Origin: an uncultured delta proteobacterium | GTDB lineage: Bacteria > Myxococcota > UBA727 > VGSZ01 | Length of the DNA: 64,000 nucleotides | Assembly: GCA_963775425.1 (NCBI GenBank) | Contig: CAVZJB010000011.1 | Span: forward strand, 288,001-352,000 | Direction of reading: 5' to 3' | In this document: in pieces, positions 39,364 through 48,515 of the stretch | How the letters are laid out: every line of letters begins with the position of its first letter | Position numbering within the stretch: the stretch's first letter is position 1 | Notes under the pieces: generated by a model | The model's database searches: none | What the model saw: the letters and a program-made list of their open reading frames with translations, nothing else | Told to the model about the DNA's origin: nothing | Program-made: the position numbers and the translations under genes

Positions 39364-42003
39364 ATGCCGAACGACCAACACGCCTTCCTCGGGGGTCGGC
39401 CCCTCTTGTGCACGACCCTCGACAACGGCCTGCGCGTCGTCGTCTGTCGCAGCGCGGCCGCGCCGGTGGTGGCGCTGCAGGTCTGGGTCGGCGTCGGCTC
39501 CGCCGACGAGACCGAGGCGCAGGGCGGGCTCGCGCACGTCCACGAGCACATGCTCTTCAAGGGCACCCTCGGTCACGACGGCAGGCCCGGCCGCGGCGTC
39601 GGCGAGATCGCCGGCGAGATCGAGAAGAGCGGCGGCGAGATCAACGCCTGGACGAGCTACGACCAGACCGTCTACCACGTCGTCCTCGCGCGCCGGTTCT
39701 TCGACACCGGCCTCGACGTCCTCGCGGACGCCATCCAGCGCTCGGCCTTCGACGAGGACGAGCTGAAAAAGGAGCTCGAGGTCATCCTCGAGGAGATCAA
39801 GCGCTCCGAGGACCAGCCCGGCTCGCGCACGAGCCGCGCGTTGTTCGAGACCGCGTTTCACCACCACCCCTACCGCAGGCCCGTCATCGGCTACAGCGAG
39901 GTCGTGCGCGGCTTCGCCCGTGACGACGTCATGGCGTTCTTCAACGCCCACTACCGCGCCGACCGCATGACCGTCGTGGCCGTCGGCGACGTCGACCCCG
40001 ACACCTGCGTCCAGAAGATCGCCCGCGCGTTCGCCGGCTGCCCCAAGAACGCCGCCAAGCTCGCGCCGCGCGCCAAGGAGCCGCCCCAGGAAGGGCTGCG
40101 GGCCAAGGGCCTGGTCGACGACGTCGAGGAGAGCCACCTCGCGCTCGGCTTCGTCGGCCCGCGCCTCCTCGACGACGACATGCCCGCCGTCGACGTGCTC
40201 TCGGTGCTGCTCGGCCAGGGCGAGAGCTCGCGTCTGGTGTCGCGCGTGAAGCGCGAGCAGCAGCTCGTCAACGAGACCTACGCATACGCGTACACGCCCA
40301 AGGACCCGGGGTTGTTCGTGGTGGGCTCGTCGCTGCACCACGACAAGCTCGACGGGGCGCTCGCCGCGCTCGGACACGAGATCGTGAAGGTGGTCGAGGC
40401 GCGGCCGCGCACCACCGAGGTCGACAAGGCCAAGGCCATCCTCGCCTCCGAGTCCATCTACCAGCGGGAGACGGTGGAGGGGCTCGCGCGCCGCCTCGGC
40501 ACGTGGACGCTCCTCACGGGCGATCCGACGTACGAGGCCCGCTACCAGGAGCGCGTCGCCGCCGTCGGCACCGACGACGTGCGCCAGGCCGCGGAGAAGT
40601 ACCTCGCGCCCAGCCACGCCAACGTCGTGGCCATGGTGCCGCGGCCGCACGCGGCCCTCGTGGAGACCGAGCGCCTCGTCGAGCACGCGCAAAAGGCGCT
40701 GGCGCCTTCGCCCAAGAAGCTGCGCCAGAGCGCCGTCGACGACGTCGTGCGCGTGGAGCTGCCGTCGGGCGCCATCGTCGTCGTCGAGCGCGACGCGGGC
40801 AACCCCATCGCCGTCATGCGCGCCGCGTGGCTCGGCGGCCTGCGCGCCGAGGACGACGACACCGCCGGCTTCACCAACCTCTGCGCCGACCTCATCAGCA
40901 AGGGCACCAAGAAGACGTCGGCGCCGGTGCTCGCCGAGACCATCGACGCCATGGCGGGCCACATGGACGGCTTCGCGGGCCGAAACAGCTTCGGCATGCG
41001 CGCCACGTTCTTGAAGCAGCACGTCGACCGCGGGCTCGCCCTGTTCTTCGAGTCCATGAAGGACGCCGCGTTCGCCGGCGACGAGCTCGATCGCACGCGC
41101 GCCCTCGTCCTCGAGGATATGCGCAACAAGCTCGACAACCCCGCGGGCCTCGCCTTCGATCTGTTCGGGCGCTCGCTGTGGCTCAAGCACCCGTACCGTC
41201 GCGACCTCCTCGGCACCACGACGTCGGTGACGGGCGCGACGAGCGATCGCTTGCGCGGGTTCTGGCACGCGCGGGCGCTGCCCAAGCAGGTGATCATGAG
41301 CTTCGTCGGCGACGTCGACCCCGACGACATCGTCGACGCCGTCCAGGAGCTGCTCGGCGACGGCGACGGCCGCCACGCCGCGGCGCCGTCGCCGCCGCGG
41401 GAGTCGCCGCCCACGGAGCCGCGCGTGGCCCGCCTGGTGCGGGCGCGCGCGCAGGCGCACCTCGTGACGGGCACCCGCGGGCTCACGCTCGACGACGAGG
41501 ACCGCTTCGCGCTCGAGGTCTTGTGCTCGGCGCTGTCGGGGCAGGGCGGGCGCTTGTTCTTCGAGCTGCGCGACAAACAGTCGCTCTGCTACTCGGTGAG
41601 CGCGTTTTCCGTGGAGGGCCTCGAGCCAGGCTCGTTCGCCGTCTACATGGGGACGAGCCCCGACAAGGTCGACAAGGCGCTGTCGGGCATCAACGCGCTG
41701 CTCGGCGAGGTGGCGGACAAGGGCATCACGGAGGCGGAGCTGTCCCGCAGCAAGCGCTACCTCGTCGGCAGCCACGAGATCGGCCTGCAGCGGCTGGGCG
41801 CGCGCGCGTCGGCGATGGCGCTCAACGAGCTGTACGGCCTCGGCCACCTCGCGCACCGCGCGTACGAAAACAAGATCGACGCCGTGGGCCTCGATGACGT
41901 GTTGCGCGTCGCCCGCCGCGTGCTGTCCGGAGCGAGGGTCACCGCGGTGGTGGGCCCCGAAGGCTCGGGGGGACCCGCGGCCACGCTCGATCCTCCTGCA
42001 TGA
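39364..42003 (+). CDS. M16 family (pitrilysin/insulinase-like) zinc peptidase, two fused halves
   Basis: GLAHVHEHMLFKGT (HxxEH), INAWTSYDQTVY, HPYRRPVIG; second half lacks the zinc motif. Confidence 0.92.
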   Translation: MPNDQHAFLGGRPLLCTTLDNGLRVVVCRSAAAPVVALQVWVGVGSADETEAQGGLAHVHEHMLFKGTLGHDGRPGRGVGEIAGEIEKSGGEINAWTSYDQTVYHVVLARRFFDTGLDVLADAIQRSAFDEDELKKELEVILEEIKRSEDQPGSRTSRALFETAFHHHPYRRPVIGYSEVVRGFARDDVMAFFNAHYRADRMTVVAVGDVDPDTCVQKIARAFAGCPKNAAKLAPRAKEPPQEGLRAKGLVDDVEESHLALGFVGPRLLDDDMPAVDVLSVLLGQGESSRLVSRVKREQQLVNETYAYAYTPKDPGLFVVGSSLHHDKLDGALAALGHEIVKVVEARPRTTEVDKAKAILASESIYQRETVEGLARRLGTWTLLTGDPTYEARYQERVAAVGTDDVRQAAEKYLAPSHANVVAMVPRPHAALVETERLVEHAQKALAPSPKKLRQSAVDDVVRVELPSGAIVVVERDAGNPIAVMRAAWLGGLRAEDDDTAGFTNLCADLISKGTKKTSAPVLAETIDAMAGHMDGFAGRNSFGMRATFLKQHVDRGLALFFESMKDAAFAGDELDRTRALVLEDMRNKLDNPAGLAFDLFGRSLWLKHPYRRDLLGTTTSVTGATSDRLRGFWHARALPKQVIMSFVGDVDPDDIVDAVQELLGDGDGRHAAAPSPPRESPPTEPRVARLVRARAQAHLVTGTRGLTLDDEDRFALEVLCSALSGQGGRLFFELRDKQSLCYSVSAFSVEGLEPGSFAVYMGTSPDKVDKALSGINALLGEVADKGITEAELSRSKRYLVGSHEIGLQRLGARASAMALNELYGLGHLAHRAYENKIDAVGLDDVLRVARRVLSGARVTAVVGPEGSGGPAATLDPPA

Positions 42004-42869
42004 GCGCGTACCTTCCCCTCGCCTCGCACTCCGGTTGGTTCGAGGGCGACGCCCTGCTGCAGTCGCTCGGCGCCCGACTGAAGGCGCTCCTGATCATCGA
42101 GGACGAGCTCGTCGTCGAGCCGGGCGCGGTGGCGGTGCGGATCGCCGAGGGGGACATCAGCGAGCAGCGCTTCGCGCCGGGCGCGGTGCCGTGGCCCCGC
42201 AACGACGTGACGAAGGTCGGCGTGTTTTCGGCGCCCGACGGCGTCACCATGTGCATGGACTGGGAGCCCTTGCTCGCCGCGTCCGGTCTGCTCTTCGCCG
42301 ACGGCGTGCGCATCCTCGCCGAGCCGCTGAAGCCAAAGACCCGGCGCGAGCTGCGCGCCCGCGCCGACGCCGTCGCCGCCCACGAAGCCGTGGTCGCCGC
42401 GGTGCCGGGGCCGCGGACGGTGCGCGAGGCGATGGTGAAGCACTGGCTCATCGACTGCGCCGCCGCCGCGTTCGAAGGGAGCGCCGTCGCCGTCGACGGC
42501 AACGCCCATGCGTTCCTCCTCGCGATGAACCGCGCCATCGGCGAGATCTCGGAGACCGCCGAGGTGGAATTGCGCGGCCCGTCGTCGTTTCGCGTCGTCG
42601 ATGTCAGCGCCTGGCCCTGGGACCGCGTGCTGAGCGTCCGCGCCTCGGAGCACGGCGCGCGCCTTCGGCACATCGTGCGCAAGGCGCGCAGCGGCGAGCT
42701 GGCGGCCGTCGACGTGCAGAGCGCCGTCGACGCCGTCACCGGCAGGACCGGGGAGGGCCCCTCGCTGCAGGTCGACCTCATCCACAACGCGGTCCCCGCC
42801 CTCCTCGGCATGAGCCTCGTCGGAGGGCCGGCCATCGTCTACGTCCTGCGCCCCTGCGCCGCGGCGTGA
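42000..42869 (+). CDS. Hypothetical protein
   Basis: ATGA overlap with the M16 gene; plausible globular composition; no motif recognised. Confidence 0.65.
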   Translation: MSAYLPLASHSGWFEGDALLQSLGARLKALLIIEDELVVEPGAVAVRIAEGDISEQRFAPGAVPWPRNDVTKVGVFSAPDGVTMCMDWEPLLAASGLLFADGVRILAEPLKPKTRRELRARADAVAAHEAVVAAVPGPRTVREAMVKHWLIDCAAAAFEGSAVAVDGNAHAFLLAMNRAIGEISETAEVELRGPSSFRVVDVSAWPWDRVLSVRASEHGARLRHIVRKARSGELAAVDVQSAVDAVTGRTGEGPSLQVDLIHNAVPALLGMSLVGGPAIVYVLRPCAAA

Positions 42870-42985
42870 AGCGACGGGCCGTTTTGGCGCGCCCCTGTCC
42901 GCGGCTTGGTGCCGGGGGGCCGCCCGGGTAGTCTGACCGGGCTCGTCGCCCGATCCCGCCCCGATCGCCCGGTAGGTCCAGCCCG

Positions 42986-45900
42986 ATGTCCAAGCGCGCC
43001 CTCATCGCGGAGCCCGATTCCGAGGAAGCCCTTCGCCAGGCGGCCATCCTCACCGACGAGGGGTACGAGGCGCAGGTGTTCTCCGACGGAGACCTCATCG
43101 CCGAGGTGGAGCAGAACCCACCCGACATCCTGGTCCTGCGCCACGAAAGGACCGGGCCCCAAAGCGGGCTCGCCCTCGTCAGCCGCCTGCGGCAGGTCGC
43201 CCAGGGCACCGCCATCGTCGTCACCACCAGCGATCTCACCCCCGACGCCATCGAGAAGAACCGCAAGCAGAAGGCCCACGCCGACGGTTACCTGCGCCTC
43301 CCGGTCGAGCGCGCCGAGCTCGTCGCCGCCGCCCGCGCGGTCCCCGAGGTGCAGGAGGCCGCCGAGGCCGAGGCCACCGAGGAGAAGAACGATCCGCGCC
43401 GGCCGCCGCCGCTGCCCCCGTCGGGCCTGCGCGCGCTCGCGCAGCTCCCCAAGGCCTCGCCGAGGAGCACCGGTGAGGCGGTCCTCACCGCCGACGACCT
43501 CACCTTCGTCGAGAAGGTGTTCTCGACCATCCAGCACATCGACGCCGACGCGCCCGTCGCCGAGCCGCCGCTGTCCACCATCGGGGACGCCGGCGACCGC
43601 AAGGTGGCGCTGCTGCGTTCGGAGCTCAAACGGCGCGAACGGGAGCTGGCCAAGCTGTCGCGGCTGTGGCGGGCGCGCGAGGAGGATCTGCGGCAGAAGG
43701 AGTCGCGGGTCAGCCAGAAGGACATCGAGATCGAAGGCCTGCGGCTGCGCATCAGCGAGGTCACCGCCGAGCTCGAGAGGGCCAACCACGCCCTCGTCGA
43801 GAAAGAGGCCGAGTTCGGCCGCGCGATGGGCGAGACCTACGACAACACCGCGCTGCAGCAGGCGGAGCTCATCCAGCAGGTCGCCGGCAAGGAGAACGAG
43901 CTCAACGCGCTCAAGACCAAGATGCGCCGCGCCGAGGACGCGTGGGCGCAGGAGAAGAAGGAATTCACCGAGCGCATCTTCGAGTGGGAGAAGGCCTACG
44001 CCGACTTCGAGCAACACCACTGGAAGGTGATGGAGGCGAGCGTCGAGGAGGTCCAGCGGCTGGAGTCGCAGATCCGGCAGCGCGAGGGCGAGCGCCGGGA
44101 AGTGCTCGGCGCGCTGCGGGACCGTGAGCTCGACGTCACCATCGCCCGCGAAAAGATCGGCGGGCTCGAGCGGCGCGTGCGCGAGGTCGAGCACGCCTCC
44201 GGCGTCTTCGAGGACGAGGTGGTGGCGCGGGCACACGCGGTGGTCGTGCACGAGCAGCGCGGGCGCGTGGCGGCGGTCGGCGAGCTGCACGAGACCCAGG
44301 CGCGCCTGCTCGACGTCGAGGAGGACCTCGAGAGGCACCAGCGGCTGCTGTTCCGGCTCGAGGACAACCGGCGCCGCGAGCTCTTGCGCATGGCCGCGGT
44401 GGCCCGCGCCAGCGACGAGGAGGTCGCGCGGCTCGCCGGCGAGCGCGAGATCTTCCGGCAGCGGTCGCTGGCGCTCGCCAATGCGCTCGACGACGTCAAG
44501 GCGCTCTTCGAGGCCACCGCGTACCAGCTCTTCACCCTCGAGGAGAAGCGGCGCATCGTCGGCGAGGTCCAGGTGCAGGTCCGCGACGAGAAGCTCGCCG
44601 ACCTCTCCGAGGGCGTCGCGCGCCTCACCTCCAACCTGACCGACGTCACCGAGCGCCTCGGCCAGAGCGAGATGGAGCACGCCGCGGAGCAGGCGCGGGC
44701 CGAGGACCTCGACAAGGCGCTCGCCGAGACCCGCGACCTGTTGGCGGAGACCGAGGAGCGGCTCGCCCGCGACCTCGAGGTCACGACCGAGGAGCGGGAC
44801 AAGCTCGCCGACAACCTCGGCCGCACCGAGCAGGCGCTCGCCAACACCCGCGAGGAGCTCGCCGACGCCAAGCAGTCGCGCAACCAGCGCGAGGTCGAGG
44901 TCGCCGGGATCATCGAGCGCAAGGACAACGAGCTCGCCAACAAGAGCGAGAAGATTGTCGAGATCGAGCGCTCGCTGTCCGACGCCAAAGAGGACATCCA
45001 GAACCTCAGAAAGACCGTCACCGTCCGCGACGAGCGCATCACCGAGCTGCTCAACCGCGTGCGCGAGGCCGACGAGCAGCAGGTGTCGCTCGAGGGGCAG
45101 GTCTTCAGGCTCACGAGCGCCAACTCCGAGAAGGAGGCCGACCTCGTCGCGCGCGACGAGCGCATCGAGCAGCTCTCGGAGAAGCTGTCGCAGCGCGAGG
45201 AGCGCATCGACGCCCTGGAGGCCGAGGTCCGGCAGAGCCAGGCGCTCGTCCTCGACAAGCAGGCCGCCATCGAGCGCCAGGACCAGAACGTCCAGAGCCT
45301 GCAGGCCGAGATCGCGCGCAGCCGCGAGGAGGCCGCGCGGCTCCAGGGAGAGCTGCAGCAGAGGGCCAGCGAGCTGTTCGAGAGCGAGCGCAAGGGCTCC
45401 GCGCTGCAGGCCGAGCTGCAGAACGCGCGGCAGGAGATCGCCGCCGGCGGCGCCGTCTCCGAGCAGTTGCAAGAGCAGCTCGACACCGCCAACCAGCGCG
45501 GCGCAGACCTCCGCGAGGCGCTCGAGGACAGCGAGGCCAAGCTCAGAAACGCCCTCGTCGACCTCGACAACGCCGGCCAACGCAGCGACCAGATGCGCGT
45601 CGAGCTCGCCGAGCTGCGCGAGCGCGCGCAGGGGCAGGAGCGCGAGCTCCAGTCCGCGCTCGGCCAGATCGCGGAGCTCGAGCGCGCGCGCGAGGGCCTC
45701 CAGACGGAGAGCGGCACGCTGCAGGCGCGGCTGCACGAGGCGGAGGCCGAGCGCCAATCCCTCGAAGAGCAGGTCGCGCAGCAGACGCGGGAAAACGGCG
45801 AGCTGTCGGCGTCGCTGTCGGACGCCGCGGTGCGTCTCGAGGAGGCGCAGCAGCGCGAGCAGCAGCTCCATGACGAGGTGGCTCAGCGCGAGGGGCGCAT

Positions 45901-47266
45901 CGCGGCCCAGGGGCAGGTGCTCGAGCGGGCGGAGCAACAGTCGCAGGAGCAGGCGAGGGAGCTCGCCGATCTGCGCGAAGAGCTCGTCGAGGCCAGGCAG
46001 GCGGTCGACGAGGGCAAGAGCGCCATCGAGGAGCGCGGGCGCTGGCTCCAGACGCGCGAGGCCTCCATCGCCGAGCTCAAGGGCGCGCTCGAGGCGGAGA
46101 AGTCCGCGCGCGACGCGCTCGCCGAGCAGCTCCGCGGCCTGCAGGCGCAGATGGCCGCCGTCGAGAACGATAAGCAGTCCGTCGCCGCGCGCCTCGAGGA
46201 GCGCGAGCGCCTGATGAAGGCGCAGGGTGCGCACTCGCAGCAGGAGATCGACAAGGAGAGCGCACGGGCGGAGCAGATGGAGTCGGAGGCGAGAGAGCTG
46301 CGCGCGCAGCTCGACCGCCAAAACGCGGAGGCCACCGCGCTGCGCGCCGAGGCGCAGCGGGCGGTGGAGCTCAAGGCGGCCGAGGAGAAGGCGCGCGGCG
46401 ACGCGCTCAAGATGCGGCAATACGCCGAGAAGGCGTCCAACGAGCTGCGCGCCACGCGCGCCGCCCTCGAGAAGACGGAGGCTGCCAGGAAGGCCGCCGA
46501 GGCCGACGGCGAGCGCGCGCGCGCGGAGGTCGACGACATCCGCAACGCACAAAAGGCGGGCGAGCAGCTCGTGGCGCAGGCGCGGCTCGAGGGCGAGCAA
46601 CGCATCGCGCGCTTGAACGAGCTGACGCAGCAGGTGCATCGCCTGACGACCGCGCGTGACACGTCCGAGAAGGCGCGCGTCGAGGCGGAGCAGGAGGTGG
46701 CCAAGGCGCGCCTCCACGCCGAGCAGGAGATCGGGCGCGAGAAGAACGCCCTCGCCGAGCAGGTGCAGCGGCTGACGCAGGAGCTGGCGGCGGCCAAGAA
46801 GCAGCGCGCCGACGCCGTGGCTGCGGCGCAGCAAGCCAGGGCGGAGTCGGATCAGATCAAGCGGCTCGCGGCCGAGAAGATCAAGCAGGCGCAGGCGGCG
46901 GCGCGCGAGAGCATGGCGCGCGCGCGGCCCGGGTCGTCGCCGCCGTCGGCGGCGCGGCCGGCGACGAGCCCGCCGGCGAGCGCAGCGCCTCGCCCCGCCG
47001 GGAGCACGCCGCCCGCGAGCGCGCAGTCCGCGGGTGGGGCGCCGCCGCCGAGCGCGCCCGCCGGGCAGCAGCCCCGCGCCGTGTCCGTGCCGGGTGGGCA
47101 GCCCATTCCCGGCCTCGCGCCGCCGCAAGGGGCCCCGGTGACCAACCCCGGCTTCGCCATGCCGCCCCCCGGCGGGGCGCCGCAGGCGGATCCCTACCGC
47201 GAGCAGAAGACCGTGCTCGTCGACCGCCCGGTGATCCCGTCGGCCGCCCGCGGCGACAAGCACTGA
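42986..47266 (+). CDS. aglZ: AglZ-like protein: pseudo-receiver domain plus very long coiled coil, Pro-rich tail (1426 aa)
   Basis: Receiver fold with PDILVLRHE (no phospho-Asp), ADGYL; LLRSELKRRERELAKLSRLW and KDIEIEGL resemble recalled Myxococcus AglZ; heptad E/Q/R/L-rich region of about 1100 aa. Confidence 0.75.
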   Translation: MSKRALIAEPDSEEALRQAAILTDEGYEAQVFSDGDLIAEVEQNPPDILVLRHERTGPQSGLALVSRLRQVAQGTAIVVTTSDLTPDAIEKNRKQKAHADGYLRLPVERAELVAAARAVPEVQEAAEAEATEEKNDPRRPPPLPPSGLRALAQLPKASPRSTGEAVLTADDLTFVEKVFSTIQHIDADAPVAEPPLSTIGDAGDRKVALLRSELKRRERELAKLSRLWRAREEDLRQKESRVSQKDIEIEGLRLRISEVTAELERANHALVEKEAEFGRAMGETYDNTALQQAELIQQVAGKENELNALKTKMRRAEDAWAQEKKEFTERIFEWEKAYADFEQHHWKVMEASVEEVQRLESQIRQREGERREVLGALRDRELDVTIAREKIGGLERRVREVEHASGVFEDEVVARAHAVVVHEQRGRVAAVGELHETQARLLDVEEDLERHQRLLFRLEDNRRRELLRMAAVARASDEEVARLAGEREIFRQRSLALANALDDVKALFEATAYQLFTLEEKRRIVGEVQVQVRDEKLADLSEGVARLTSNLTDVTERLGQSEMEHAAEQARAEDLDKALAETRDLLAETEERLARDLEVTTEERDKLADNLGRTEQALANTREELADAKQSRNQREVEVAGIIERKDNELANKSEKIVEIERSLSDAKEDIQNLRKTVTVRDERITELLNRVREADEQQVSLEGQVFRLTSANSEKEADLVARDERIEQLSEKLSQREERIDALEAEVRQSQALVLDKQAAIERQDQNVQSLQAEIARSREEAARLQGELQQRASELFESERKGSALQAELQNARQEIAAGGAVSEQLQEQLDTANQRGADLREALEDSEAKLRNALVDLDNAGQRSDQMRVELAELRERAQGQERELQSALGQIAELERAREGLQTESGTLQARLHEAEAERQSLEEQVAQQTRENGELSASLSDAAVRLEEAQQREQQLHDEVAQREGRIAAQGQVLERAEQQSQEQARELADLREELVEARQAVDEGKSAIEERGRWLQTREASIAELKGALEAEKSARDALAEQLRGLQAQMAAVENDKQSVAARLEERERLMKAQGAHSQQEIDKESARAEQMESEARELRAQLDRQNAEATALRAEAQRAVELKAAEEKARGDALKMRQYAEKASNELRATRAALEKTEAARKAAEADGERARAEVDDIRNAQKAGEQLVAQARLEGEQRIARLNELTQQVHRLTTARDTSEKARVEAEQEVAKARLHAEQEIGREKNALAEQVQRLTQELAAAKKQRADAVAAAQQARAESDQIKRLAAEKIKQAQAAARESMARARPGSSPPSAARPATSPPASAAPRPAGSTPPASAQSAGGAPPPSAPAGQQPRAVSVPGGQPIPGLAPPQGAPVTNPGFAMPPPGGAPQADPYREQKTVLVDRPVIPSAARGDKH

Positions 47267-47312
47267 AAGCGGCCCCGCCGGACGAAGCGGGGGCGCGACG
47301 TCGGCGGCGCGC

Positions 47313-47348
47313 GCGTATTCAATCGGACGTCGTCGCCGGCGTATTCAA
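47313..47348. promoter_or_regulatory. Direct repeat GCGTATTCAA x2, candidate regulator-binding site
   Basis: Exact copies at 47313-47322 and 47339-47348 in the intergenic region upstream of 47450. Confidence 0.4.
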
Positions 47349-47449
47349 AGCGCCGGGTGACGCTCGCCACCGGCGGCGCGCTTTTCATCGAGGCCGCCGC
47401 ACGTTTCTTCTCGTGAGCGTCGCAAGTCGCGCCGCGTAGGAGATGAGAC

Positions 47450-47875
47450 ATGAAGTCCAACAGCCGCTTTGTCGTCAGCTTGCTCGGTGTCGTCCTCGGC
47501 GTCGCCATGTTCGCCGGCACCGCCTCCGCGCACGAGCGCGACGAGCGCCGGGAGCGCCGCGACGCGCCGCGCTCGGGATACGTGGTGGTCTCGCGCAACG
47601 ATGACGGTTTCGAGGCGGCCATCCGCCGCGGCGTCGTCAACGGTTCGCTCACCCGCGGGGAGGCCCGGCGGCTCCAGCGCGAGGTGCGCCAGTTGCGCGA
47701 GGCCCAGCGCCGCGTGACTCGCGACGGCCGCGTGAGCCGGGCGGAGCGCCGGCGCATCGAGAAGAAGGAGCAGGACCTGTGGCGCGACATCCGCCGCGAG
47801 TCGAACGACCGGCAGCGGAGCGCGCGCCGCGACACCGACGACCGCGACGGCCGCTTCGGCCGCGGCTTCTCCTGA
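47450..47875 (+). CDS. Small secreted Arg/Glu-rich helical protein
   Basis: RBS AGGAG; signal peptide ending ASA; repeats IRRGVVNGSLTRGEARRL and RDGRVSRAERRRI. Confidence 0.8.
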   Translation: MKSNSRFVVSLLGVVLGVAMFAGTASAHERDERRERRDAPRSGYVVVSRNDDGFEAAIRRGVVNGSLTRGEARRLQREVRQLREAQRRVTRDGRVSRAERRRIEKKEQDLWRDIRRESNDRQRSARRDTDDRDGRFGRGFS

Positions 47876-47888
47876 CGCGCAGCGCGCC

Positions 47889-47920
47889 GCCGGGGGGCGG
47901 CGAGGTCGCCGCCCCCCGGC
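47889..47920. terminator. Strong GC hairpin after the small secreted-protein gene (no U-tract)
   Basis: Perfect 15-bp inverted repeat GCCGGGGGGCGGCGA-GG-TCGCCGCCCCCCGGC. Confidence 0.55.
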
Positions 47921-47975
47921 ACCCGCCTCCTTGATGCCTCGACCGTCCGCTGTAGGCTGCGCGAGGAGGTGCGCC

Positions 47976-48506
47976 GTGCGTGAGCCCGATGAACGCGATC
48001 GCGATCCCTTCGAGCGACTGCTGCAGACCCACCGACGCATCGAGGAGCGCCTCGACGAGCTCCTGAAAGCGTGCGCCGCGCTCGGGGGCCACGGCGACGC
48101 CGACGAGGTCGTTCGCGACGTCGCCGGCTTCTTCTCGCGCGCCGGCAGGAAGCACGTCGACGACGAGGAGCAGACGCTCTTTCCGCGGCTGCAGGCGCAC
48201 CCGGAGCTGGCCGTCATCCTGAAGGCGCTCGCGGACGAGCACGTCACCCACGACCGGCTCGAGGGCGAGCTGCAATCCCTCGCCGACGCGCCGGGCGCGC
48301 TCGACGCCGCCCGCGTGTCCGCCGTCGCCCGCTCCCTCGCCGACACCTACCGCGCCCACATCGCGCGCGAGGAGAACGAGCTGTTCCCGGCGGCGCGGGC
48401 GGCGCTCTCGAGCGAGGTGCTCCTCGAGATGGCGCGCGAGATGTCGAATCGCCGCGGAGATCGGGGCCGGGGCGGCCGCGCCCCGCGTGGGGGTCGTCTG
48501 CGTTAG
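47976..48506 (+). CDS. Hemerythrin (HHE cation-binding) domain protein
   Basis: HRRI, HVDDEEQTLFP, EH, HIAREENELFP motifs. Confidence 0.85.
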   Translation: MREPDERDRDPFERLLQTHRRIEERLDELLKACAALGGHGDADEVVRDVAGFFSRAGRKHVDDEEQTLFPRLQAHPELAVILKALADEHVTHDRLEGELQSLADAPGALDAARVSAVARSLADTYRAHIAREENELFPAARAALSSEVLLEMAREMSNRRGDRGRGGRAPRGGRLR

Positions 48507-48515
48507 CGTGTGCGA

